From assembly GCA_039621445.1 (NCBI GenBank), contig CP154954.1, positions 31,892,012-31,956,011 on the forward strand: DNA of 64,000 nt. Direction: 5' to 3'. Made by a program: the position numbers and the translations under genes. Below the pieces are notes generated by a model. The model was not told the origin of the DNA and ran no database searches. It saw only the letters and a list, made by a program, of their open reading frames with translations. Positions 1 to 52,327 of the stretch are shown here, piece by piece. How positions within the stretch are numbered: position 1 is the stretch's first letter; each line of letters begins with the position of its first letter. The stretch is from Euglena gracilis (Eukaryota).

Positions 1-345
1 TCCGTGCTGCACCGAAGAGGCGGCGCGGGGTTGCACGGGAAGGTCTGGGGGCCGAACCCCACCCCCACCACAGCACCGCACAAGCGTAAATTCCTTTGGA
101 GCCGAAGAGAAAATTTAAAAAATTCCCCCCTCAAATCCGTCCTGGTGGGGGGGGGCGCCCACAAGAAATGGGAGAGGGTCGACCCCCCACCCACCACCCA
201 TATGGGGTTTCAGGCCTGGGATGGGGATGACAAAGAACACAGAACGTTATTATACAACCCAACGGAAGAAGAGCGCCAAAGGGGGAGTCGAAATCATCAT
301 TGAGCATGGTCCACCGCAAGAGCAGGAATTTCCGGAAGGACGGCA

Positions 346-3148
346 CACCCCCACAGGGCCCTCCCGTCAGGACGATCCGGAACACGTGGGGCACCTCCTC
401 CACCACCTCCGGCTCCAGGACAGATCATTCTCCATAGTTGTGGTGCGTTGTTTGGGTTTGGTGGGGTGGGGGTGGGGGGGGTGGTTAGGGACAGCACGTC
501 TCCAGGTCCGCGTCGAGGTCCAGCTCCGGCGGCTCATGGATCGACGCCGGGGCCCTCTCGAGGCCGGAGGCGCCAGCGTTGGGCACCACTTGAGGGCTGG
601 CTCCACGGTGACAGAGAATTCAGCGGTTTCGTTTATTTTGTATATTATAATTATATCTATTATACACACAGATATATATATATATATATATGCACATATA
701 CACGTCTATTAGTATATAACATATATTATATTTATATATGGCAGCAAGACTTTAGCAAGACTTTAGAGTAAAGTCTCCAGGGGGGGGTCCGTGTAGCATC
801 CCCCGCGTCCCCCGTTCCCCCCGTTTCGGCCCCGCGGGGCCCCGGAACAGCGCCGGATCCGGGCCAAATCTGTCGGATCCGGGGAGATTCCGCACTTATT
901 ATCAGAGGAATATGGTTAGGGTAAGAATCGGCGCACAGAAAATTTGCGCTGTTTAGGGATAAAGTTAGGCCGGAAGTTAGGTCGCCGTTTTGAAGATTTT
1001 TGGGTCGCCCTTTCGTCGTAATTTTACCGCAATTCGACCCTAATTCGGTCGGAAACTGTCGGCAATGCGGCCGAACCTCTCCCTAAATTCCAAATGGGGG
1101 CGCCGTCCCGGAATCCGGTCGGAACCCTAACCCTATCCCGAGAAATAGCCCCGAATTTTCCCGAAGCTTGGGCGTGGGGGATGCTACACGGACCCCCCCC
1201 CTGGAGACTTTACTCGGCCCGTGGGCCGAGTAAACTCTTGCTACCTTATATATATATATCTTGATTTCCAAACCTTTAAAAAAATGTGGAAAAACCTCAA
1301 GCATTTTGGGAAACCAATCATAATTGAAAGATTGCTTTTTAATGGAGACTGAAAAAAGTTGACGGAATCGAGACTGAAAGAAAACGCTGAAAATGTAAGC
1401 GTTTGTGGTTCTCGTTTTTGTACTCAGTATGCGTCAAAAAGGGCACAGCAGAATCTCTGCTTCTGATTTGGAAACACCTATTTTGGAACATAATCGGAGA
1501 CAAAGTAATGGAAAATTTCCGACGAACTTTTGGAGGACCTCTCTTTGAGGAGTCCTTTGGAGGACCTCCCTTTCATGTTGGTTCAACACTCATCTTTATT
1601 TTTGGAGCAGGACCTGCCCGCAAAGCTGGTTTAACTGCCACTGTGTGGGGTACATTGACCAGCGAACCTTTCTGGCAGGCAGGGGGATCAGATTTACCCT
1701 TCCAAATACAGGGTGCAAGCAGAGGAGCCCTAGCCGACGGAGTGAGCAAGTCTGTTCTTGAGCACCTCTCCCCCCCCAGGCTGACCAAACAAAGGAATGG
1801 CCAGCCATTCAACAATTTACGATGCAAATGCAAATGCCTCAAAAACACAACTTTCTTGGATATTTCCCACCTCAGAGACACACTCTGAACTGTCTGTTCT
1901 GTTTTTTTTTTTTGGCCGGCGAAACCCTGGTTGATGAGGGAAAAATATGCAACCCCTTCGAAAAGATCACTACAACTGCACAGTGTTTGGAGGCGTAGCC
2001 CGACGCCACCACCCCCAGCAACCCTCGTTGGCCACAGCGCACCCTGCCTTACAACAGAGGGGGTATTTGCCTCTTGAACGTGTGTCTCAACCAACGCTCG
2101 AGCCGGCCGCGGCCATGGAGCCTTGCTTGTTGGCGAGGGACTCGGTCTTGGACATGCGGCTGCTGCCTAGCCGGCCCTTCCAGGGGGACCGCGCCCCCAG
2201 CTTGGGCGCCGGGCGGGGCTGCCGGCCGCTTGTCCGACGCGCACCGATTTGCAATGCCGACCCTTTCAAATGTGATGATGCGTCAGAACAAGAATGGCGT
2301 TTGGGACACGCTTTTAGTTGATTAATTAAAAAAATAAATCAATTAAATTCCATTAATTTATGGGTGTGTGGGGTGCCCCGATCCCCTGTTTGCGGTCCCC
2401 CCCCCCCCATTGGCCACCAAACCACACCCCTCACCCACCTAGGCATTACCGCAACTTAAAAAACCTGAAACAACACGATGTGCCTTAAAATGCCTCAAAA
2501 CACCAGTCAGTCAACATCAGTCATTTTGGCAGAATTTTCTCTGACCTAGCAATAAATAATGAAGAAAAATATTGGCAAAACAAGCTAACCCGGGAAAAAA
2601 TGATTTTTTGGCATCGCTGGAAAACTGCCATCCACCTAAATGAGTTTTTCGACTTTTTTTTGGCTTTTGAATCGGACCGACGTTGGTTTGATGTCCGGAC
2701 TGTGCCTTGGAAAATACATGCCTCAAAAAGCCTTAAAATACCCCCAAAATTGAAAAAAGCACCTGCCTGAAACAGAATGCCGTCCGCCCCCCTCCACCCC
2801 CCCAGTCCGGCCCAGGGCGGGGGAGGTGGCCTGGCGGGGCGGGGGCGGGGAGTTGGTCAGCACCATGGCGAGGGGGGCGGGCGGCTGGCACGGGGCGGGG
2901 GCTGGGTTGGCAGGGGGGCCGCCGTGGGGAGGAGGAGGGGACCTGATGCGCGCGTCCCGCCCCGACCTGGCCCAAGCCCAAGGGCCAGCCCACATACATA
3001 TATGCATACATATATTATCATATGTATACATATACATACATACATACATACATACATACATACATACATACATACATACATACATACATACATACATACA
3101 TACATACATACATACATACATACATACATACATACATACATACATACA

Positions 3149-3180
<32 letters not shown>

Positions 3181-3685
3181 CACACACGTGCATATACATA
3201 TACATACGTGTGTATACACATATGTGTGTCATATACGTATATATTACACACATACAGATACACATACATATATGTACGTGTATATATACATGTATATGTA
3301 TATATGTACATATATACATATACATGTATATATACATACATGGCATAAAATGGAGCCCCCACCCTTAAATGTGGGGTACTGTGGGAGGCTCCACTTTGCG
3401 GAATCACTCCTCCAAGCATGCCGGCGAAACAGTTTCCACGCGCCTGCGGGGGGGGGGTTGGCCACCCAACCCTTTGCCTGCCTGCCCCAGGGCGGTGAGG
3501 AAGCTGACCTGCGGGGAGGAGGGCAGGCTGCCGGAGGCAGGGCGGTACGGGAAGGCTTGGTGGGGGGGGTTGACCCCTGTCAAGGTCTCGGGGCTTCCCG
3601 GACAGCCCTGGCCGGGGGGAAAGCTGGGCGTGGGCTGGGCGCCCTCGCGCTGGACGGGGGTGTTGGCCTGGAGAAGGTTGTCCAT
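346..3685 (-). CDS. Gene C, 5' part (continues beyond window start): Pro-rich N-terminus followed by a P-loop NTPase (AAA_28/TTD14-like 'RIVLTGGPCGG[KT]')
   Basis: Probable ATG at 3685 (MDNLLQANTPV...), 20 nt after a polypyrimidine tract + CAG at 3706-3708. GC-rich exons at 3685-3614, 3532-~3471, ~2942-2810, ~2235-2095, ~605-498 and ~420-346. The last one encodes VLEPEVVEEVPHVFRIVLTGGPCGG and is followed by a GT donor. Several internal junctions are unresolved. Confidence 0.6.
739..1245. mobile_element. MITE-like element with long terminal inverted repeats in a TA-rich site
   Basis: GAGTAAAGTCTCCAG(G)nTCCGTGTAGCATCCCCC (~766-805) is inverted at ~1176-1216. Outer ends GGCAGCAAGA / TCTTGCTACC, flanked by (TA)n. 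Confidence 0.7.
3030..3180. repeat. (TACA)n microsatellite
   Basis: Direct reading; degenerate TA/CA repeats extend over ~2990-3340. Confidence 0.97.
3533..3613 (-). other. Nonconventional intron (81 nt) formed by a 73-bp MITE (3538-3610) plus one TSD copy
   Basis: TIRs CAGGGCGGTACGGGAAG / CTTCCCGGACAGCCCTG; 8-bp flanks GCCGGAGG (3530-37) / GCCGGGGG (3611-18). Junctions C|GGCCAG...CTGCCTCC|G; splicing gives SFPP|GSLPSSPQ. Confidence 0.7.
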
Positions 3686-3705
3686 CGCCCGGCCGAGTGG
3701 AGGGG

Positions 3706-3730
3706 CTGCGGGGAGAAGGAGGAGAGGGTG
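3706..3730 (-). promoter_or_regulatory. Polypyrimidine tract + CAG acceptor upstream of gene C ATG (candidate spliced-leader trans-splice site)
   Basis: Minus strand ccctctcctccttctccccgcag, 20 nt before ATG. SL trans-splicing is established in Euglenozoa; the assignment here is inferred. Confidence 0.4.
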
Positions 3731-6700
3731 ATGGCAACGGTTGGACAAATAGGTGGGCAAAGTGCAGTGTTCCTTCCTCTTCCTCCTCCTCCTCCTCCAC
3801 CACCACCACCTCCTCCTCTTCCCCCTCCTCCGCCTCTTCTTCTTCTTCTTCTTCTTCTCCTTCTTGTCGTTTAAGGGACACCACATTGTGTATTTTTGAT
3901 AAATGGCCCATCACATGTTCCTCGGGCTAACTCTTCCATGTCAAACTCGTTAAAGCTATGCTGTGTGGGCATTTCTCTATGGGGAAAAAGGTCGGCCAGA
4001 CCCGGTCATACCCCCTCGGACCCAGGGATTTCACCCTGCTTGGAGGGAAAAAGTTCCTTGAAGAAGAAGAAGAAGAAGAGGAGGAGGAGGAGGAGGAGGA
4101 AGAAGGGGCGGTTCCCCAGGCACCCCCAAAACAAAATATGGGTGAAAACCAGAAATGTTCGATTAGACCCTTCACCTTTGATTCACCACTCCCCATCTGC
4201 CTACTCCAGAAAGGATTTCTTTAGGGGGTGCACTGGTGCACCTGCACAATGGAGAGAAAAAAGACAGCAAGAACGAGCAAGACTTTGTTGATGCCCGCCT
4301 ACATCCCCAGTTGCGTTCTCGGCACTCTTCGAACACATACCGTGAAACAGGATCTGAAAGCACTAAGAGTCAACGTTCTGTGCCGGTATCAGGCATCGGC
4401 TGGGGTGCTGAAGACTGCAGAACCAGACGGAAAGCTGTGGTGTCTAGGATGGGGCGAGGAGCTGTGCAGGATGGTCAGAAGTCGAGGCTGGGGAGCTTTT
4501 CGCGGGAGTGGGTTGGGTCAGACAGTCAGTCAGAGCAGGCTTCGCTGTCTCCACCCTTGTGGTGCCTCAAATTCCGGTGAGGCGTCGAAAGAGCAAAAAA
4601 AACCCAAAGAAAAACTACCATAGCAGTACCCACTCCAAACCACTCAGGGGGGGGGGACTGAAATGCCAAACCCCCTGCCTGCCCATTGCATTTCCCTGGG
4701 GGGTGCGACCTTCCTTAAAAAAAGCCCAGACAGAGACTGGCCTTGGAAATGGCAGGGTGATGAGGGGGCCAGCAGTCGGCGAGGGCCTGTGCGGGAGTGG
4801 GCAATTGTCTGTGCGGGAGTGAATCGACACACGTGCAAGTCAGGTCGACAGGCAGGGGGGGGGCAGGCAGGCGGGTGGGCGGGCAGGGGGCGGGAGCCGG
4901 ATATATATATATGGTGCCATCAAAGAGGGAAGCCCCAGCATTTGGTGATGGGCCCAAGCCGTTGCACATCCAGCAACACTGTCACTTGGCCACCGGCCCA
5001 ACGCCTCCTCACAAGGATCAGAAACATGGTTTCTATTCTGCTTGCATCGTCCCCTCCCCCCAACTGGACGTCAGAACAGGTGATCGACGCCGGCCGTCAC
5101 CCCGGTGGACAGCACAGGAAAACGGGCCAGATTGCCCAAACGGAAATGACCCCCCCCCCAAGGGGCCAATTGTGTGGAATCATACGTACAACGGGGGATG
5201 CCAAACCCTGAGCATATTTGTGGAGCCAAGGGGGCGGAAGGTGACAACTGCGATCCCGTTTCGTTCCCCTCAAAAGCCTCTGCAGAATGCGGAAGCTCAA
5301 TGAAACTCAAAAATTGCATTCCAAATGTGTGCCTTCAGAACCCTGTGGAAAGATGTATCCCCTCCCGTTGAAGCAGCCCAATCGAAGAATGCTCTGCCTT
5401 CGTTTTCCCTGTGTACCCCGGAGGGGGGGGGTACTCTCATGAACCCTCCAGAAGCAGAAGCCGTAGATATTCTTTGCCTTTTGTTTCTTTGTCAATTGTT
5501 GTTCTGGGAATTCGGTTTAATTTACACTCTTCCAAAAACCAGTCAGTGACTTCTTTTCAAAGCCAAATAAGGTGTGGCCCACCATATGGTTTCTCTATGG
5601 GATGGTGATCTTCCCTTATCAGACTTTCTATGGCATAGGAACTCCTTTCGCGGTACACATACAAACCAAAAGCGTCATTGATGACGTGGAGCGTGAATTT
5701 GGGTTATGACAACCTACGAGCAAAGCAAACCCCCAAATCTCGTCCCCAAAAAATAAAGCAAAAATGAACTGGGTATATTACTAGAGGCACATGCTAAATT
5801 TCCATAATTGTTGAATTTGTCAGATTTGTCGGGATTTGTCGCTGGAGGTGCTTGCCTGCGTCGATGCGGGGTCTCCTCCCTAGAGACTGTCCCAAAATGT
5901 ATGCAGAACATGTTGGGCATCAGCGTGTTAAGGGTAAAGATGCGGTTAGGGTCAAACCAGAGAATAGGTAAAAATAACCGACCCCAGGGGAAGAGGGGTG
6001 TTTCTGGTCTCGAAAACCGGAGAAGCGCCCCGTCACAACAAAAGGAAAGGGCTTGTCGGAATGCCGGTTCTTCTCAGGCGACCGCCTGAGGCGTGGGGTG
6101 TTGGCCGGGGCCACCGGTGTGATGGAGGGCCCCGAGCTACTGAGTCGGCTTGATGGGGCGGGGGGCCTGTGCTGTCAGTGCAGGGAGGGGGCTGTTGCTG
6201 CCAGAACATGGCCGGCACACTTTGGACCACACAGGGCAGCCAAAATAATTTTTTTTTGAGCGGGTGCCCTGGTGGGTGGTGGGGGTCGACCCCACCCCCC
6301 ACCTCCCACGACCCCCTCACCTTTGGTGGGGGGTCCGACCCCCCCCCCACCAGGCCTTCCCGTACAGCCCTGCCCGGGGGGGGGGGAGGGGGTGCTAGAA
6401 AACGGAGGCGGTTTGCACCGCTTGATTCAAAAAAAGTCATTTTCACAGCATATGGCAACTTCTGTGGATTGGGAGATACCAAAACTTGTAGCTGGAGCAT
6501 ATGGAGCGTGTGCTGATCATCATCATAAGTGTGGTGCAAGCAACACAAACACGTACAGTGTGGGAATGGGGCATCAAATCGCAAATTTTTTTGCTCTCAA
6601 CGGCTGGTCTCAGATTTTCACACACAAAACATAGGGGTATGGAAATTTTTGACTAGATCCTCTCCCAAGTTATACCCCCCCCCCCCTGGGCCGGGAGGCG

Positions 6701-8015
6701 ACCGAGTTAATACCCTCCCCCAAATTTCAGGCCGACGACCCAGATATTGACCTGATATTGATCACGAGGCCTCCAAAAATGCTAAATTTCATGCGAAAAT
6801 GCAATAAATGGGGGGTTTTGGGTGCTATTCTGGGTTCTATGGAGCTTCGAAAATTTTTGAAAACCTTGTGGAGCTATTACCTTCCCCCCAAGTAATACCC
6901 CCCCTTGGGCCGGGACTTCGGGCGAAAAAATAATACCCCAAGGGGTATTATTTTTTGGGGGGTTACTATTTTTGAATCATTTTGTTTTGATCTCGGAGAC
7001 AGCAATCATGATCGCAAACGTTGCAGGTCGTCTGCAAATTTTGACTGCAATCTTGACAATCATTCCAGAAATGTAACATACAACTGATATTAACCCTGGG
7101 AATATTGTTCTGAGATCCGCAAAAAAATCATGCAAATCACATGCAATCAGATGACACGAAAAATCACGAACAATCCTGCGAACAGGAAAAAAGAGAAACA
7201 AATATGGGACACAATCGAAACCTCCTGTTATAACGTGCAGCGCTTTGACTGTGCACATTGTTTAAACAGACTTGCTTTTCGAGCTGGCCAAAAAGTTTTC
7301 CCAGGCGGAAACTGTCCTCATGGATATGTCCCAATTCCACCCAGCCACAGACACAGACACAGACACTCCACCGGTTTGATCAATGAGTATTTTGATGAGT
7401 GGAAATCAAACGTCGCAAAAAACCCCCCACCAAAATACAAACTTTCCTGACAAAACCCCAAAATTGACCGATTTGAACATACAACTGGGAAACCCCAACC
7501 CAAAGAATTATACAAGGATTGGTGTGCTCCGCAGTTATCTGTAAAAATCCACAATTCCAAAAAATCCCTTCCTTACTGGGAATATCCATCCAGAAAACGC
7601 ATGAAACCGAATCACAATATCGCCTAAAAATGCCTAAAATTAGGCAAATGCCATAAAAAACAACAAAGGAGGCCAGAAGCAACCAGACGCACCATGAAAT
7701 AGCCAAAAGTGGCCAAACAGCAGTAAAAAATAAAAGTGGCCAAAAGCAGCCAGAAGTAGTCTAAAGTGACCAAAAGTGGAGGCCTGAAAAGCAGCCAGGA
7801 TCAGTCAAGGCAGCCAGAAATGACCTAAAGTGGGCGAAAATGGCCTTTTTAAAATAAATGAGCTTCATACAGCCATTGCCCATCCTCAGGGATCAAAACT
7901 TTTGGCTTATCCATAGTTATCCATAATTATCTGTAATTATCACCCTTGTATTTTTGGGCTGATCCGCAATTATCTGTAGCTATCCATTTCAGGAAGCACC
8001 AATCCCTGCATTGTA

Positions 8016-8323
<308 letters not shown>

Positions 8324-9048
8324 CGGTTCTGCAATGTGAATGAAATCTGATTTGGTTACCGAGACCATTTCGGATCAATCAAGCCTGCCCATAAAATGTA
8401 ACCCCAGATGGTGGCAGCACAAGACCGATTGGGACCACGCGACGAGCACCAGAGCCATCCACCGGAATGGCGGTGTCAAGACAGGCGTGGGGGTGGGTGG
8501 GGGTCAGGTACATTGGCCTGCATCCAGGGTTCAATATAAGCGCAGGACAGAGGGTGGGTTGACCCCCTGTCCAGGGGGGGCATTGGCGGTTTGGCTGACC
8601 GATTTTGGACTGGCTAATTTTTTTGCCTCCCAATTCAATTCAATTCGGCCAGAAAATGCCATTTTCGGGCATTTCTTTGGAAAAAATGCATTAAATTGCA
8701 TTTTTGCCAAAAAACATTTTTCAAAAATGCCAAAAAGTAAATAAAATTGGGGTAAAAGAAGGAAAAATTTGACCTTTTGGGGGGTCCTTCTCCCCAGGTT
8801 GGTGTGGACCCCCCCTCCGGTTTGGGGGGAGGGGTGGGCCCAAACTGAACCCTGTCCACTCTCCTTATTTTGAACCCTGCCTCGCCACGCCAAGGGTTGC
8901 AATGCCACCACGTGTAATCGGGTCCGGCAGAATGCTTTTGGACAGTGCCCATCGCCCATCCAAAACTTCTTCTTCTTCTTCTTCATTCTTTCTTAGGGTG
9001 CTTTTTCAGGGTCTCACCAACCCGATCAGCTGCTCACTTTCAAAGATT

Positions 9049-48207
<39,159 letters not shown>

Positions 48208-48329
48208 TTTGACGCCATAGTCGGCCCTGGTCGGCCCTGGTCGGCATCGACCACAGGTGGGAGGTTGGGGGTTTGCCAACAAAAAATGAGCATAAATCAC
48301 GGAGATACAATGCAGTTTTTTTAAAAAAA

Positions 48330-49440
48330 ATTTGCTCACTTTTGTTACTTTACCCACCTTTGCCCACTTTTAGCCACTGTTAGCCACTTTTGGCCACTTT
48401 TATTTTTTGGTGATTGGGATTGAGTTTGGGTGCTTCCGGGTGCTTTCTGGTTGCTTTTGCCCACTTTTGCCACTTTTATGCATTAGGTTGTTTTGGCCAT
48501 CTTTGGCAGTTTTAGGCTGCTTCTGTTGCTTTTGACCACTTTGTCGCCACTTTTTGCTACTTTGAGGGCACGTCTGATGTTTTTTTTTTGCTGCTTTTGA
48601 TTGCTTTTGGCCACCTTTGCCGACTTTTGGGCGCTTTTTACTGCTTTTGATTGCTTCTGTCCACTTTTACTGACTTCCTTTTGACTGCTTTGTACACCAT
48701 TGTCGACTTCTGCTGGCTTTTTGATGCTTTTGTGTGCTTTTGCCCACTTTTTTGCTGCTTCTCACAAAGTGGCAAAATGTGCGCAACAATATTTTAAGAA
48801 AAATGACATACAACACCCAAATTTGGGTGAGAGTGGCCAAACGTGGGTAAAGGTGGCCAGAAGCAGTCAAAAGCAACAAAAAAAATTGTCCAGAAGTCGG
48901 CAAAGTGGTGAAAATCAGTTAAGCAACTTTGGCCTTTTGGACACCTTTGACCACTTGGAAACTGGAAACCTTTTTCAACAAGTTGTTGCCTCTTCTTGCT
49001 GCTTTAAATTGCTTTTGGCCACTTTTGCCGACTTTTGGCCGTTTTTTTTTTTTGCTATTTTCGACTGCTTTTGGCTTCTTTTTCAGCACTTTGGCCGGCT
49101 TTTGGCACTTTTTTTGCTGCTTTGGTATCGATTTTGGCCACTTTTTTGTTGCTTTTGACTGCTTTTGACCACTTGAGGCTGCTTTTGCCCCTTTTTGGTC
49201 ACTTTTGTACACTTGAGGCTCCTTCTGCTCCTAAAATGACCTCGTTTGCCCACTTGAGACTGCTTCTGCTGATTTTTTTTTGGTAACTTTCGGTCTTTTC
49301 GATAACTCTTTGGTCCCTTTTGGTCACATCCTTCTCCTCTTGGGAATCAAAACAGGGAAAAGTGGGCTAAAAACGGCAAAAAGTGCAAAAGTGGGCAAAA
49401 ATTGGGGGGAAATGGGTGAAGATGGCACTAAATGGCCAGA
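48330..49440. repeat. Degenerate CCACTTTT/GCTTTT minisatellite with inverted blocks, bracketed by TGGTCGGC repeats
   Basis: Same repeat type as inside 28552-30571; orientation flips at ~48765-48915 and ~49345-49440; TGGTCGGC(C/T) repeats at 48220-48245 and 49515-49610. Confidence 0.65.
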
Positions 49441-49730
49441 AAAAAAAAACGCAAGCTGGGGAAGACTTTGTCCACCATTCCCATGGGCACAATCCGCCGA
49501 CAAAAGGAAAAATTGGCCCTGGTCGGCCTTGGTCCGAATCCTGACCTACGGGGGGTCTTGAAAGTGGCACTGGTCGCACCTGGTCGGCTCTGGTCGGCTC
49601 TGGTTGGCCGTGGGTGCCTGGTCACGGTGGCTGCCGGGGAGGGGGCGGGGGCCGGGGAGGCTCCGCGCTTTTGGGGAGCTGTGGGTCTGGCCCAGGCTAT
49701 TGCTTAAGGACCCCGGGGGGTCCACTGATT

Positions 49731-49964
49731 AACCCCCCCCCCCTAATAGAAGCAACGGTGCGCTTATAGGGGACCGCCGCCCCCGGCGGCAGGGGGTGCG
49801 CTTCTATTTGGACCCTAGCTGCGCGATTTTCGTTGATTTCCTTTAGAAATCCCATCAAAATGGGGGTGCGCTTGTAGCGGACCGCCGCCTTCGGCGGCGG
49901 GGGGTGTGCTTTTATTTGGACCCTGCGCTTGTAGCGGCCCCGTGCTTCTATTAGGGGGGGGTTT
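49731..49964. mobile_element. MITE-like hairpin with AACCCCC..TAATAGAAGCA ends
   Basis: CCCCTAATAGAAGCA / TGCTTCTATTAGGGG; internal CCGCCGCC..GGCGGC hairpins. Confidence 0.65.
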
Positions 49965-50689
49965 AGCCATTTTGCTAGACACTGGAAAAAATGTACCCTG
50001 GGGGGGGTCCGGGGTCCTGGACTGGGAAAAAAACCTTTCCTCTGGCGCAGGTGGAAATGAGGTTTTTAATGCATTTTTTTTTGGGTGATTTTGTTCAAAA
50101 ATCCCCCAAAATGGACAAAAACGACGTTTTGGCAGTTTTGGGGGTCCCAAAACTTTTTTTTTCGGCGCTTTGCACTGGTCAGTGAATTTTTTTTCCCACC
50201 AGCTAGCCCTGCTAGCAGACCCCACCCAGGGAGGTCTGCTAGGATTTGCACTAGCTGCATTCCAGCCCCCCCCCCCCCCCCGGGCCCGGGGGTACTGCGA
50301 ATCCTTAAGCAATAGACTGATCTGGCCTTCTTGTGCATGGTGGGCAGATCACAACAACAAAAAAAACTGGTCCGAGGCCTACGACAGACGATACGCCGAT
50401 ATTACTTTTTTTGTTCAAAAGCTGCTCGATACAACCGCCAAAAAAAGAGGAGAACAAACCCACACCTTACTACTTACTACTTTCCAACCCTTCCATACCG
50501 ACTTCTCCCTCCATCATTATCCCCACCCCATTTTCACTGATCTCTGTGCAAAATTGCAACAAAACAAAGAATCCCCAATGAGCCCCCAGGCCATATACGC
50601 CCAGCACCGACCATGCACGGAGGGGGATATTCAGGGTTGCCCAAAAGCAATACAATATTCTAATAGTCCAAAACCAATTCCCTCACTGT

Positions 50690-50970
50690 AAAGGAGAGGA
50701 GGTGGTCCATACTGGGGCAGGTTGCCTTCCACCCCACCTTTCTGGACGACACGTGGTGCACGTTGGCTGTGGTGCCAGTGACTCCGTCAAGGTGGACATT
50801 TTGGGCAAATTGGAGCAATTTTTGGAAATTTATGGACCAAAATGTCCACCTGGACGAATTCACTTGCACCACAACCAACGTTGACAAGGACGTGTCGTCC
50901 AAAAGGTGTATGTATACACACACCTGTATATAAACACACACACATAATATGGACAACACTCTTTCCTTTC
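50690..50970. repeat. Long imperfect inverted repeat (foldback/MITE-like)
   Basis: AGGTGGACATTTTGG / CCAAAATGTCCACCT, CGTTGGCTGTGGTGC / GCACCACAACCAACG and TGGACGACACGT / ACGTGTCGTCCA nested symmetrically. Confidence 0.75.
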
Positions 50971-52327
50971 CAGGGTAGGAAGTGACCTGACATTTGGCAG
51001 GGGTCACAAATTGCAAAATTTAGCACTCAAAAATATAGCCTCAATTTTGCAGGCGCAGGTGCGCTGCGGCGTGCAGGGCGGTGTCGTGCCAGTGTGCACA
51101 CCCCATCACCACACCCCATGGCTGGCAGAGGCTTTTGGGCTTGGGGTTGGGTATGACCTACAAAATTGGACGTGTATGAAAATTAATGCTCCATGTTTTT
51201 TCAGGGCTTTATCAATGTATATTCAGGTGACTTTTTCTGAAAACGCCTTGGAAATGTACGCTGTGTGAAAAATCCAGCTGCTGAGACAAATATCCCAGGA
51301 TTTAACTGACTATGCTTTGCTTCTGTGAATTCCACAAAAAAATCCCCATAACAGCAACCTGGAAAAGCTTCATTCTGATACACCCTTTGCTGCAAAAATC
51401 TATGAGCAGCTGCACCTTCAATCAGACGTGATTTGCTTGATGCTTGAAATTTTCCCTGGTCCTAACAGAAACCTTTATGCCGGAGTCTAGAAGTTCTGCA
51501 TAATGACCCGGCCTTTCCGTAGGAGGTCTTTTTGAGGGCACCTGGGGGTCTGGCGGCCGAACGGCTCTCTCTCCTCAGCTCCAAAGCGTCAGGAAAGTGG
51601 AAGCTTGGTTGAGGAGCAGCAGCACATTGGCACTCGCAGGACCTCCTGGGGGCCAGGGAGGGAGTGCGACACACCCCTGCCCTGAGGAGTACAGGTATGC
51701 GACAGCACACATGGCGGTTAGGGGAAAGTGGGGGGGGGGGGCTGGCCAGGTGGCAGCAAAGCTCGCCAGCTAGGAGAGCCAGGCAGGCGGTGGAGCGAGC
51801 GCCAATACGGGGTGGGAGGGATGGCGGCCGAATACAACTGTTCGGCGGGCAAAAAGGGTGCCAAGAGGTGCACAGAGAGGGATAGACACACATATATATC
51901 ATACCACACAGCGGGGGAAAGATTTTTGGGGTCTCGCGAGTCAGTCACAAATCACCGTTGACCAGCGTATTGTACAGCCGGCGGGCTCGGCCGGGCCGCC
52001 GCACGACGGGCTCGAGGCTGGGCGTCGCCACTGCAGATTGGAGATGGGCCAAAGGGGGGGGGGAGCGGAGGGGAGGGGGCCGCCTTCCCTTTCCTTCAGT
52101 CCGGGCAAGCTGCGTCGCCGCGAATCCGGGAAAGCGCAACAAGAGTTGAACTTGGACTTTGCAAACTGGGGTTCCGCATCCTGGTCCACCCCTTCAGTGC
52201 CAACATGGCTCCTGCAACCCACGTCAGCTTCCTTGGGGGAAGCCTCCGACTGCTGTCACCCTGATGGCGACACCTTTCGAGAGTTTCCCGTGAGCGGCGG
52301 AATGACCCCCCCCCCCCCCCATCGCCC

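Noticed and set aside
2723-3914. ORFs with YIHT/MYVC, HT/CV or poly-E runs (also ~8000, 12500, 47400, 62100, 63700)
   Set aside because: Translations of microsatellites.
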